A stretch of 64,000 bases of DNA from contig OX638151.1 in the NCBI GenBank assembly GCA_951804945.1, positions 112,840,001-112,904,000 on the forward strand, given 5' to 3'. The position numbers and the translations under genes were made by a program. A model generated the notes under the pieces. That model was given only the letters and a program-made list of their open reading frames with translations, had not been told where the DNA came from and ran no database searches. The DNA is from Podarcis cretensis (lineage: Eukaryota). Below, one piece after another: positions 13,622 to 25,961 of the stretch. Position 1 is the first letter of the stretch; each line of letters starts with the position of its first letter.

Positions 13622-14043
13622 TGTGTACACTTGTAAATTCTCTAATATAGTTGAAATCAAATGAACACACGTCTGTCAATCTTTGAAAGTCTGTAGAAGT
13701 ATAATAAGTCTATAGTTGAAACAAAGTAATGTAACATGGATATGGTCATATCCTTGTGACCACTGCGTGGTCCTTGTGACCTTGTGTGTTTTTCTAAACT
13801 ATGGGTTGTGCTAAAGAAGAGTCCAGCAAAAAAGTCAGATTATCCGGGATCACTGTCCTACACTGTTATTCACTCACTACTTTGGCACCATGAACATCTA
13901 AAAAGTTTTACCACTTAGCCCACAGGATAGCATCTATTACTTTGTTTTAACTATAGACTTATTATACTTCTATGGACTTTCAAAGATTGACAGACGTGTG
14001 TTCATTTGATTTCAAATACATTAGAGAATTTACAAGTGCACAC
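13622..14043. repeat. ~108-bp inverted repeat with ~205-bp spacer, possible Penelope-like fragment
   Basis: 13622-13730 is the near-perfect reverse complement of 13936-14043. Confidence 0.8.
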
Positions 14044-14347
14044 TGCACCCATTGGCCAGATTACACCCAGCAACGAGGGACCTAACAATCGGGTGTTGTG
14101 GCGATCCAACAGAACCACCCACAACCAGGAGGTCAGTCTCCAGGTCTCACCGCAACACATGCCCTCTTTTAGGGAGGACACGATTTGTGAGCACTTCCAG
14201 TTTAATGCTTCTGAAATCTATCTCAAAGTTTCCCAACCAAGCGGCAAGTGCTTGATGGGATGTATTTGAGCTGTGGGATGTAGGCCCTTCCCCTCAATTA
14301 GTACCCACCATAATTTCTGGAAACATGAGGTCTGTTGTACACATGTA

Positions 14348-14589
14348 CAGTGGTACCTCAGGTTACAAACACCTTGGGTTAGAAACACTTTGGGTTACAG
14401 ACTCCGCTAACCCGGAAGTAGTACCTTGGGTTAAGAACTTTACCTCAGGATGAGAACAGAAATCGTGTGGCGAAGGTGTGGCGGCAGCAGGAGGCCCCAT
14501 TAGCTAAAGTGGTACCTCAGGTTAAGAATGGTTTCAGGTTAAGAACAGACCTCTGGAACGAATTAAGTTCATAACCAGAGGTATCACTG
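14348..14589. mobile_element. Tc1/mariner (Tigger-like) MITE, family A
   Basis: TIR cagtggtacctc...gaggtatcactg, TA TSD; two more copies in the window. Confidence 0.88.
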
Positions 14590-15945
14590 TAAGTGAATAT
14601 TTGTTTACCTTTGTGATATATCCCTTTTTTCTAACACAAGTTACAGATTTGCACAAAATAGTATAGAATCATAGAACTGTAGAGATGAAGAGATTCCAAG
14701 GGTCATCCCATCCAACGCAGGAATGCAATGAAAACATCATTTGAAAAAAGTATGTCCAAACTAGGAAACCTGAAGTCCATTGCAGAGATCTGCAGGTATA
14801 TTTGTTTACCTGTACATGGGCGCCTTAAAAACAACCCCAAAACATGTTTTTTTTTTAAAAAAAAATACAACATTCTGGATTTGCACAAAAGAGTGGTCAA
14901 AATGATAATAAAGTGTGGACCACTCTAAGCCAGGAAAGTATTTGGAGTAACTTGCATGAAAAGCAGTTGCTTCCTTTCCATGCATTTTCCTTTCCTGCCT
15001 GTTGTATCTACAACCTAAATTTCTATTTTTAATGCAGTAGTTTTGTGCATGAGCAGTTTTGTGAAAAAGAGCTGTTTAAAAAAATAAAAAGTATTGCAAA
15101 TGTGCCTTTAGCAGCAACTGGTGGAAAAAGATGGGCTGCATTCTTTCCTCTGTTTTCTTTCAAAACAAGATGTCACTACATGTCAAAATCAAAACACAAA
15201 TACCCAACCTGCCCGCACAATGTGCTTCAGTATGTCCATAGTCAGATAGCATGTGATTTTATACTGAATTTTCTTCTCGTATCTGATTATCTGTAGATAG
15301 CAGAGAATATTAATAATGTGTGGGTAAAGTCAGGCTGCCACTAGATGAGGATGTTGTGTGGACACCACAAAAATGAGAGAGTGACAGAGGTAGCTTCAAA
15401 TCTAAATTCAACTCCAGTGTGAATGAGCCCTTAGATAAGAATTTTCCAACATTGCATATCCCTCATAACAGGAGTCATTTGGGAGCTAACAGCAATGGGG
15501 AAGGGACAGAGCATTCCCTTCTTCCAAGTACCAGACATTTACTCTCTTTCAAAATCTAAGAGACAAACCGTCAAATGCTGTAAGTTGACACACAGTTGGA
15601 CATGCCAATTCTTAATGCCAAATGAAAGGTTTTTAATTGCCTTGTTTAGAAACAATGAAAAGCTTTCCAAGGCGCATTCACTGCTCCTGGTCTCCTACTT
15701 GTTAAACCTCCCACTGGAACTGGAAGCAGAAAGCTTCACTACAAAACGCACAATGCAATGAGACTTTCTGCAAAAGATACATTCGCAACTTAAAGGGTTT
15801 CATCCACTGGTGTCCTTTGCGTTGATGGAAGGCTCTTTGAGCCAGTGGAGTTTTCCAAATACCCATCCTGTCTGCAGCCCCAGTATGAGAGATAATAAGC
15901 CTGCCAGCCCTACATAGATTTGGCCAAGGTACCTTATGAAAAAAA

Positions 15946-16297
15946 GGGATGCGGGTGGCGCCTAGGGTTAAACCACAGAGCCTAGGACTTGCCGATCAGA
16001 AGGTCGGCGGTTCGAATCCCTGTGACGGGGTGAGTTCCTGTTGCTCAGTCCCTGCTCCTGCCAACCTAGCAGTTCAAAAGCACGTCAAAGTGCAAATAGA
16101 TAAATAGGTACCGCTCTGGTGGGAAGGTAAACGGTGTTTCCATGCACTGCTCTGGTTCACCAGAAGCGGCTTAGTCATGCTGGCCACATGACCTGGAAGC
16201 TGTACGCCGGCTCCCTCGGCCAATAAAGCGAGATGAGCGCTGCAACCCCAGAGTCGGCCACGACTGGACCTAATGGTCAGGGGTCCCTTTACCTTTA
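15946..16297 (+). mobile_element. Sauria SINE
   Basis: Full head-to-tail match to other copies; TSD cttatgaaaa. Confidence 0.92.
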
Positions 16298-16458
16298 ACT
16301 TATGAAAACCTCTCCACTGTTCATCAAAATCTTTGGAGGAAGCCCTGCTACAACTCCAATCTTTTCCTGAAGTTAGCTTGACAGAAATAAGGGGCAGGGT
16401 TTTCTTCATATCCTTCCTGATGCTATTCCCTAATCAGAGTTGTTCACCAATCTATTTT

Positions 16459-16502
16459 CCTCCTCCTCCTCCTCCTCCTCCTCCTCCTCCTCCTCCTCCT
16501 CC
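16459..16502. repeat. (CCT)n microsatellite
   Basis: Seen directly. Confidence 0.95.
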
Positions 16503-17640
16503 AAAATGTGATTATTTTTTTTAATAGGCAGGTATTTAGAAACCCAAGCCAATGTTCTAATTGCTGCTATTCCATTCACTACTATGTTGCTCTGACATTA
16601 GTTTTTAGAACTATGTTTACTTATCACGGCATTTCTTTGTGTATGGTTACGCTGTTGTTTCACATTGCTGCTCTGAAGTACTGTTGCAATGTGGCTGTGC
16701 ATTTCAGAATAAACGAGTGAAAGGAGAGATACAACATGCTAGCCTACCTTCCTGGTCATGTACAGCTTTCTTACCTTGGCCTATATTCATTTTTTTTACT
16801 GCCAAATGCATCACACCCAACTCTCATCTTGTGATCCCCTCTGCTTTGGATTCCTTTAAATTGGTCTCCTGGGAACTGGATGGCCCTGCCTTCGGTGTGG
16901 AATGAGTCCAAACAGCATTTGCTCCCTCCCAAATCCATGGCTTGTGTTTACATTTGTGCATAACCCTCTCTTTGTGTGTGCAATATAAATAGAAAGCACC
17001 CACACCCACATCCTTGCAGAGAGCCTATATAAATTTATTTCCTTTCATAATCCCCTTTCAATCAGACTTAGACTAGCTAAACAGAGAGGGGTTACCCAGG
17101 ATACAGGTAACCATATGACTCACTGGCAAGGCTTCAGCTATTAATCTTTAGGAGATACAAAATGAAAGCAATTGCTGTTTTACTGTAATGGATTAGAGCC
17201 TACGCCACAAATCGCAAAGAGATAGTTTGTGGAAAGCAGTCAGTCATATACCAACTGCTTAGTGGACTTGCTCTCTTACAAGCTATGTTATCAGTCACTA
17301 AGGAATTCACAACGATTTTCAGTTTCTGCCCAATATGCATTAGCCAGGCAGCTCATCACTTTTTCGGCAGCAGAGCCTCCAAGTGACAGGATATGCATTG
17401 GCAACATTCTGTGCTGTAACGTAAGATGCTCCATTATTCTTTTACGTAGGACTTTCCATTATGGGAAAGGAATATATCATCATGAAATATGGTAGGCAAA
17501 TTAGTAATCAGCACAACGAAGGAGAACATTCCCCTCACAGATGCAATTCTCAGAGCGGCTTAGCAATCCCTTTTTCCAGGTAACTCTGGGAATTGTTGCT
17601 CTGTGAGAACAATGTAAGAACTCTATGATTCTATGATTCT

Positions 17641-18013
17641 ATAAAGAAGGCTGATCGCCAAAGAATTGATGCTTTTGAATTATGGTGCTGGAGGAAACTC
17701 TTGAGAGTCCCATGGACTGCAAGAAGAATCAAACCTATCCATTCTTAAGGAAATCAGCCCTGAGTGCTCACTGGAAGGACAGATCGTGAAGCTGAGGCTC
17801 CACTACTTTGGCCACCTCATGAGAAGAGAAGACTCCCTGGAAAAGACCCCGATGCTGGGAAAGATGGAAGGCACAAGGAGAAGGGGACGACAGAGGACGA
17901 GATGGTTGGACAGTGTTCTCGAAGCTACAAACATGAGGCAGTGGAAGACAGGAGTGCCTGGCGTGCTCTGGTCCATGGGGTCACGATGAGTCAGACACGA
18001 CTAAACAACAACA
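17641..18013 (+). mobile_element. Bov-B LINE 3' fragment
   Basis: KLRLHYFGHLMRREDSLEKT..LGKMEGTRRRGRQ; (caa) tail. Confidence 0.9.
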
Positions 18014-18051
18014 AGCTCTCAGCACCTTTAACAAACTAGTTCCCAGGATAC

Positions 18052-18454
18052 TGTTACAAAAGTCAGGTGCCTGCCCCTCTCTCTGCCCAGCAGTAGCAAG
18101 AGCTCATGGGGTCCCAGGCACTCACACAGGGTCTGTGTCCCTTTGGAGAAAGGAAGACACAGCGGAGACTGTTGTGCTTTAATAAATACGGTTTATTCAC
18201 CTATTTACACCTTCAGCCTTAATGGAGGGAATTCCGATCTTATGGCATCATCATTTCAAGAGGTAGAAGCAGAAGCAGCCTGCAGCCAGCCCCCTCCCAA
18301 GATGGTTCTCAGCTCTTCTCCCTTCTCCTTCCCTTGAAAACTCCCTTTTCCTGTCCCCTTAAACACAAACCCTATTACCTTGGTAACATCTCACTCTCCA
18401 GGCTAAATAATTCCTCTCCCTAATGGCCCATCAACACCTTTTGTCATGTTAACA
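18052..18454. mobile_element. Possible solo LTR
   Basis: TGTTA...TAACA ends and an aataaa on the minus strand; no convincing TSD. Confidence 0.3.
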
Positions 18455-18466
18455 GATTTGTTCATT

Positions 18467-18803
18467 AAGGACCCCTGACCATTAAGTCCAGTCATGACTG
18501 ACTCTGAGGTTGCGGCGCTCATCTCGCTTTATTGGCCGAGGGAGCCGGCATACAGGTCATGTGGCCAGCATGACTAAGCCGCTTCTGGCGAACCAGAGCA
18601 GCACACGGAAACGGCGTTTACCTTCCCGCCGGAGCGGTACCTATTTATCTACTTGCACTTTTGACATGCTTTCAAACTGCTAGGTAGGCAGGAGCAGGGA
18701 CTGAGCAACAGGAGCTTACCCCGTCACAGGGACTGGAACCACCGACCTTCTGATCGGCAAGTCCTAGGCTCTGTGGTTTAACTCACAGCACCACCCACGT
18801 CCC
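18467..18803 (-). mobile_element. Sauria SINE
   Basis: Reverse-complement match to the other copies. Confidence 0.9.
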
Positions 18804-18937
18804 TTATAACACTAATTAAAAGTAGTATTATATTAAAAGTAGTATTATACTGCTTTAAATGTACACTGCAAGTTGGGCCTGAGATAAAATCCCTTCACGT
18901 TAAAAGCCAGCATATCAAGCAGAGTTGGGTCCAGGTA

Positions 18938-19231
18938 TAGTAGTAGTAGTAGTAGTAGTAGTAGTAGAAGAGGAGGAGGAGGAGGAGGAGGAGGAGTTTG
19001 GATTTGATATCCCGCTTTATCACTACCCTAAGGAGTCTCAAAGCAGTTAACATTCTCCTTTCCCTTCCTCCCCCACAACAAACACTCTGTGAGGTGAGTG
19101 GGGCTGAGAGACTTCAGAGAAGTGTGACTAGCCCAAGGTCACCCAGCAGCTGCATGTGGAGGAGTGGAGACGCGAACCCGGTTCCCCAGATTACAAATCT
19201 ACTGCTCTTAACCACTACACCACACTGGCTA
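18938..19231 (-). mobile_element. tRNA-derived SINE of a second family (Squam3/CORE-like) with (CTA)n(CTC)n tail
   Basis: Minus-strand head agccagtgtggtgtagtggttaagag (A box) and gggttcgcgtctc (B-box-like); microsatellite tail 18938-18995. Confidence 0.75.
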
Positions 19232-19531
19232 GAGTGGAGTAGAGACCTTCAGCAAGACACCCTCCACAGACCAACCAACATCACCTCCTCACTGTACTTA
19301 TCATGACTTGCTCCTCTCTTCATTTACATCATTTGCTACCACCATTTTGGCTACCAGGAAAAAAACCCACAAGCATAAAGGCAGTGTCATTGACTGTTCT
19401 GCCTTTACACTGCCATCGTTTCCTGGGTGAGTGCACAAGGCGGGTCAACAGGCTGAAGAGGAAGTACAGGTCATAAGAAGAGGTACAGAGGACTCTTGTC
19501 AGAGGGGCCCCTTAATAGATGCCCAAACACG

Positions 19532-20206
19532 AATGCCGACCTATTAAACAATTTTGGAATGAAATATATGAAGAAATAAAAAAAGATGTTTAAAGTATCT
19601 TTCAGTAAAAAACCGGAGGCATTCCTTTTAGGTATAATCGCAAACGATATTCCTGACAATCAAAGGAAAGTATTCCTTTACGCAACGACAGCTCGCAGGA
19701 TGCTTATAGCAAAAAATTGGAAAGGGAGAAAAATTCCATCAATGAAAGAATGGCAAATTAAATTTTGTGAATATATAAATCTGGCAAGACTCACAGCATT
19801 CATAAGTGGACAACCGGACCAGAAATTATTAAAAGAATGGGGATGTGCTAAAGAGTATATGAAAAAAAAACATTGTTCTGGAGTAAGCATATCGGTATGT
19901 AATGAATGATGCTTTCAGAGTTAAAGAAAAAGAAAAATGGTGTAAAAAGTATAAAGACAGAAGTAATCTACATTAGATACAACAATTTAGAAAGAGTAAA
20001 TTTTTTGAGGTCTTAGAACAAAGGAAGGAAGTCAATATGTGTATATGTATGTAATGAGTAGATTAGAATGAAGATATGGCTTTATTTGTAGATGTGTGCT
20101 TTTTTGCTTTTTTGTGTTCTGTTTTTCTTTCTTGTTTGTATAGTTTCATTTTGGATTCAATGTTTGTAATTTTGCATTTAAAATAAAATTTATTTTAAAA
20201 AAAAAT
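19532..20206 (+). mobile_element. L1-clade LINE 3' fragment
   Basis: KPEAFLLGII...FLYATTARRMLIAKNWK; polyA tail; perfect 17-bp TSD atagatgcccaaacacg (19515-19531 / 20207-20223). Confidence 0.88.
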
Positions 20207-21361
20207 ATAGATGCCCAAACACGCCAACCCTTGATGTTCCCCAACCCCAACATCAAGGAGAATGGTAAAAAAAATAATATGTAGCTCTCCTTAATGCAGT
20301 CAAGCAAATAACTAGGTCGTGTTACTAGGCGGAGCAAAGAGAGCACACAAGTAGCAAGAACAAACATTTAGACAGTCATTTTCACTAGTTGCCCAAATAT
20401 GTTTAGCAGAATTAAGCAAGTAACATTGACTATGTAGGAAACAAGGCCACACCAAAAGCCAGGCATCCAAGACACAACATGCTGCACTTTCAACAGGCAC
20501 CAAGCTGGCATCTTCATACATGAAAGGAACCTGGCAAAATGATTAGTGCCACGTGGCCCTAGACCATCGCAGCATACAATGAAGGATTATTTAAACCATA
20601 ATTAGCAATTTCCTGTAACAGCTTGAGATCCCTAGCCCACTGCGCAGAAAGTTTCCAAGCCCTCCTGCTGCAACTCAAACTGTTTGTACGTGCTCATCTT
20701 CTGCCTGCAGTTGCCAAACACTGAAGTGAGTCACACACATGCACACACAACTTATATAAACCCCACTGTGCCCTTTTCTTAATTAATCACTACAAGGCCT
20801 AAGCAGTTTACCTCTAGGCCACAACAGGTCACCAAGTATTGATTTCTAGAGCAAGATTGCCCATAAAAGCCAAAGCTTAAGAAGCAAATGTTTATTGTGA
20901 TTGATAAGTGTAAACTGTTTAATTATTATTTTCTGATATTTAATTTTACTGCTTACTATTTTATTCCAACGGATTATTGAATATTGTTTTATTTGATATA
21001 AGATGTTTATTTTAAAGTTATTGCGACTGTTTTGTATTGGATCCGATTGTTCTTATATGTATGAGCTCTGCTGTCTGGTGTGTGTTTTTTGTTGTTGTTT
21101 TGCTTCTTCAGCTTGTAAAGCACTTTATAAACCATAGTAATATAAAAAGGCAGTATACAAATTAAAAGTGAAATGAAAAGAAAATGAAATATCAAAGTTT
21201 AAATGGCAATGTCACCCCATGGCAGAAACAAGGCTTCTTAACATTAGTGTCCCAAGCAACTTTTTAAAAAACAAAACAAAACTATGGTTGGGAATAATCA
21301 GTATGTTTAGAATCCTATATAGAAGACTATCCGCCATAGAGTAGGACCACCCTAGAAACAC

Positions 21362-22128
21362 ATTATGTCAGCTGCATAAAAATTCTACACCCACTTTAAG
21401 AGAACTTGAAACAAAGTTGACATATTTTTAAAGAATAATTGCAGTCATTGGGCATGGGGGATTGTCTTAAGGTGCATACTTTGTTGTTGTTGTTGTTGTT
21501 TAGTCGTTTAGTCGAGTCCAACTATTCGTGACCCCATGAACCAGAGCACACCAGGCACTTTTGTCTTCCACTGCCTCCCGAAGTTTGGTCAAACTCATGC
21601 TGGTAGCTTCGAGAACACTGTCCAACCATCTCGTCCTCTGTCGTCCCCTTCTCCTTGTGCCCTCCATCTTTCCCAACATCAGGGTCTTTTCCAGAGAGTC
21701 TTCTCTTCTCATGAGGTGGCCACGGTATTGGAGCCTCAGCTTCAGGATCTGTCCTTCTAGTGAGCATTCAGGGCTGATTTCCTTAAGAATGGATAGGTTT
21801 GATCTTCTTGCAGTTCATGGGACTCTCAAGGGTCTCCTCCAGCACCATAATTCAAAAGCACCAATTCTTCGGCAATCAGCCTTCTTTATGGTCCAGCTTT
21901 CACTTCCATACATCACTACTGGGAAAACCATAGCTTTTACTACACGGACCTTTGTTGGCAAGGTGGTGCCTCTACTTTTTAAGATCCTGTCTAGGTGCAT
22001 ACTGCATATCTATAAAAATGCACCTTAAGACACCCTCCCTCCCATAGATGAGTGCATGTTTTGTTTAGACATGTCTCTGCTCTGTTTTAAGTTTGCTGGG
22101 TGTAGAATCTTTATGTAGCTGACAAAAT
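21362..22128. mobile_element. Palindromic MITE-like element split by a Bov-B insertion
   Basis: Outer arms tgtcagctgcataaaaattctacaccca / tgggtgtagaatctttatgtagctgaca; inner arms tgtcttaaggtgcat / atgcaccttaagaca. Confidence 0.65.
21481..21992 (-). mobile_element. Bov-B LINE 3' fragment
   Basis: Bov-B ORFs on minus strand; (ttg)n tail; 11-bp TSD aggtgcatact (21470-21480 / 21993-22003). Confidence 0.93.
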
Positions 22129-22306
22129 CAGCAGCTTCCAAGCATCCATTCTAAAATAAACACCATGTAATGGCTAGGCCATCAAATGGAAATGCAGAAA
22201 TCCCCCAGGTACTCATGCATGCATAGGTACCAAGAGAGGAGAGGAATTTAATTGTCATTCTGAGTATCACTTCGGATTGTGACATGCATCTTTTGCGACC
22301 TGTTTG

Positions 22307-22333
22307 TCATTGAGATAAGAATGTGTTGCGGTC
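22307..22333 (-). CDS. Candidate alternative terminal exon (coding part DRNTFLSQ*)
   Basis: Long polypyrimidine tract then ttccag|GAC; stop is in frame if spliced in phase 0 to exon ~31; ATTAAA at 22247-22252; no expression evidence available. Confidence 0.35.
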   Translation of the reverse strand, partial: DRNTFLSQ

Positions 22334-24227
22334 CTGGAACAAAGATAAAGTGAAAAGAATGTGGCAAGGAAATAAATCTAAACCAAGCAACAACCACCGT
22401 CGCAACTTGTAACTTATGAAAACCTTGCTTTCATTTACAAGATGGGAAAGATGCAATTCTATGTTTGTACTTGTGCCTATCTGGAATAAGGCCATCTAAA
22501 TTAAAGTTGTTCTTCAATTGCTATAAACACACAAACACACAGCCAAAGAATCCTTCAGTTTCCTTTCTCTCACTCTATACTGAAATATATTGTCTCATCC
22601 TCATTACGTTTTCCAGTTTCTGAGAATATTTGAACACACGTGGATATGCACAAATAAGCTATATGAATATAGAAATAAAACAATAGCACTAGATTTGAGC
22701 TGGAACTGAGGGAGATTCTTGTCCTGAAATGAATAAATATGTTCAGATGCACTGATCCAGTTAACGTAAGAAGAGAATGTGATAAATTACACTAAACACA
22801 GTTATATTTTAAAGTTTTTTAGGGGGTTTTTTAATATAAAAAAGATGAGGTTAAGAAATGGAAGTGTGAAAACATCGGCTTAATTTTCAGGCCTCAAAAA
22901 CACATTAGACTTTCCACACTGGCATACCTTTCCTACAAGAAAAGGCCAATGCAATTGGTTTTGTGCCCTTTTGGTTTAGAGAAATGACAACAGTGTGGGT
23001 GGATGGGAGCATGCCAGAGATTTATAAAGGTCACTATTGGTGTGGAAAAACATGAGACAGGCATTTTTTCACCTTCTCTTACTTATAACATGAGACTTCA
23101 GTGTCCCTTGATTAAACTGGCTGAAGCTACATTCCTGACTAGGGCCAGCCATGAGGCAGATTGAAGCAGCCATCTCAGGGAGTGGAATCCAAGTGGAGCC
23201 TCCAAGAGCATGTTCCTGTTAGCATTTCATTCCTCCGTTGCTGGATGTGTGATTGTTGCATCACATGTTAGTGTTTACTTTCTAGACTTGGAAAGTGTGA
23301 GAACGGAAGTTTAATCTCTCTTCCGCTGTACTGTACTTTTGTACTTCTTTACTCCCTCTTGGAGAAGAAGTGAGAGGACACCATGATTACTTCGTCCTGT
23401 ATATATTGCTTAATAAATACTTAGAATGCACACACTCATGTCCCACGATCGTTTTCACTATACTCTGCTGAGTGAGCATGCACATGTCTTTTTTATATGT
23501 GTCGCTGGTGCACACCAGGACTGATTTGTGAATGTCCTGGGCTGCGCTTCATCAGGAAGATGCCTGGAGATGTCTGTCTCATTCCGGGGGCTCCGTGTGC
23601 CCCCCAGGGATGTTCCGACATCCCTTTCCCCCACCACTGGAAAAACAAGAAGTGGCTGCAGTGGCTTCTGGGTTCTGGCAAGATCTTGTGAGAGTCCTGT
23701 GAGATGGTGAGGGGCTCTTGCAAGATCTTGCCAGAACCTGGAAGCCACAGCCGCATGACCCAGTAAGCGAGGTTTTGGCATGGGCTTCGAAGGGGTGGGC
23801 AGTGTGTAGCAGGCAGTAAACATGCAGGCTGGCACCTTCCCATTTTGCCTCAGGTGACGAAATGGGATGGACCACCCCTGTTCATGATGGGCCAAAAGAA
23901 GTACTGCTTCACAAAATGAGTAATAAACTTATGGAACCACCTGTAGTGTTGGCCACTGCCTTTGATGGCTTAAAATGGTTAGATGTACAAAGGATGGGTC
24001 CATCAATGGCTGCTTCACTTCCATGCTCAGAGGCGGTGCATCTCTGAATACTGTTGTTGTGGTTCTTTTCCAGTAAGGATTTCACTGGGATGAAGGAAAG
24101 GTTAAACAAAATGGTTGTGGGGATTTAGAGGGGGAAATGAGCAGGTATGGTTTTAGCACCACTTTTCCCCTGCAGATCTCACCAACTCTTTTGTGTTACA
24201 AGGCAATCCTGTGCTTGCTTCACAATA

Positions 24228-24426
24228 CATTGGAACCTCAGTTTTCGTGAGTCTCAGAAACCAAACAATTTGGAACCCAAACACCAAAAATCGAATGGCT
24301 TCCAAGGCGCACTTTACATTTTTCCCCATTGACTTTCCAGCCAGCCCATTGATCCTTGGTTTTCAAACATTTCGGAAGTCGAACAGTTTTCGGAATGGAT
24401 TATGTTTGAAAACCGAGGTTCCACTG
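24228..24426. mobile_element. Tc1/mariner-type MITE
   Basis: TIRs cattggaacctcagttttc / gaaaaccgaggttccactg; TA on the left side. Confidence 0.7.
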
Positions 24427-25825
24427 TTTGTTGTTCCACCTGCAGCAATTTTCAAAAATGCCTTGTTTAAAAGGGAGCACTATCCGTGTTTCTAAAGTGG
24501 GCGCCAGAGTACACACATTCATACATTTCGGAACAGAATGATCCAAAGTATTTTTGTTCCTGTTCATACAAATAAATCCATCCATCCAAGCACTCTAAAG
24601 TTCTTGCACAAGTGCTCCCTACAATATCCCTGTAAAGTATGCACTAATTTCTCCTATTTTGAATATGGGGAATTGAATGTAACTGTGCCGGAGGCCAAGA
24701 TCAGAACTGCTACTTTAGGACTTCCCAAAAATTTGGAAAGGCCTGGTGGCATTTTTCATTTGTTTCTTTGTGGACAGCAAAACCTCACTGCCATGTTATA
24801 ATTAATTTTTTGAAGTCTATTCAATTTAAGAAGCACCTTGCCATGTGACATTGGGAACTGGTGTTCAAGAAATGCAAGTCCAAAACCTAATTGAGCCCAT
24901 GTCCCAGAAGCTGTCATCAATTGCTTTGGATGCTGGAATAAATGTCAATGGCTAAGTTTAGAAGCAAATCGGAATCTCCTAAATCTCAGCCCTAATACTA
25001 CCTTCCAGATTTTATTGATTTCCTAACAGCCACATGCATCCATGCTTAGCCACCATTAAACAAGCATTAAAATCCATTTCCAAAGACTTATGTACACCAC
25101 ACAGCAGGCACTTTCTGAGCTTTAGACTGATAATCCTGTTAGCTGCAAGCCCAATCATTTCTTTTTTAAAAGGATGAGATTATGCAAAGGAGAAAAAGGG
25201 GAAAGTATTTTGATCTAGCACAGGGAAGGAGAATTATGCCAACAAGCCTGAGGTCTAAAAAAAGATCAATATATTTTAAAGATTTCCCCTGACTTCTGGA
25301 TTATTTGCCATACATTATACTTGGCAATTATGAGATTTAATGAAAGGTTCATGTCAGAAATCATTCCTTTTCCCTGAAGCCAATGTTTTTTTCTTTTTCT
25401 TTTGCAGGGGGCAGGCCTCATTAATTTGCTCTGAACCTGGTGTGTGTGTGTGTGTATGTGTCGTCTGAAATTTTCATGACCTTTTCAGATACAGAACAAG
25501 CATGAATTATTGACAGCTACTGCAATTTATGTGTACATTTGAAACATCATGTATAAACCATGTTAAACTGCAAGGTATGACATTCCAAAACCACATAGAC
25601 ACACCTCTGTATCTTTTGCTTTTGAATGATATGGTTAACACCTTTCTCCTTTTGTGCTAATCATTTTTTTCCCTATGTTGTTTTGGTTCTGTTGCCAATT
25701 ACAGTATGTTACAAAACAGCAGCTTCTCATGCCTCTTCTGCTTTATGAGAAAAGCTATTTTGTAGCATGATTTGTATCCTATTCTATTCTGAAAATCAAG
25801 AGGAATAAGTAATAGTTCTCTAATG

Positions 25826-25961
25826 CAGTGTTTCCCAACCTTGTGCCTCCAGCTGTTTTTGAACTACAACTCCCATCATCCCTGACTAGCAAGACCAGTG
25901 GCAAGGGATGATGGGAATTGTAGTCCAAAAACAGCTGGAGGCACAAGGTTGGGAAACACTG
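25826..25961. mobile_element. hAT-type palindromic MITE
   Basis: Near-perfect palindrome cagtgtttcccaac...gttgggaaacactg; 8-bp TSD ctctaat[g/a]. Confidence 0.88.

Noticed and set aside
16333-16524. Poly-proline ORF
   Set aside because: Translation of a (CCT)n microsatellite
22604-22723. Second possible phase-0 acceptor (ttcatttcag|GAC) giving DKNLPQFQLKSS...NWKT*
   Set aside because: Weaker pyrimidine tract and AT-rich, intron-like composition; kept only as a fallback to test alongside the 22333 candidate
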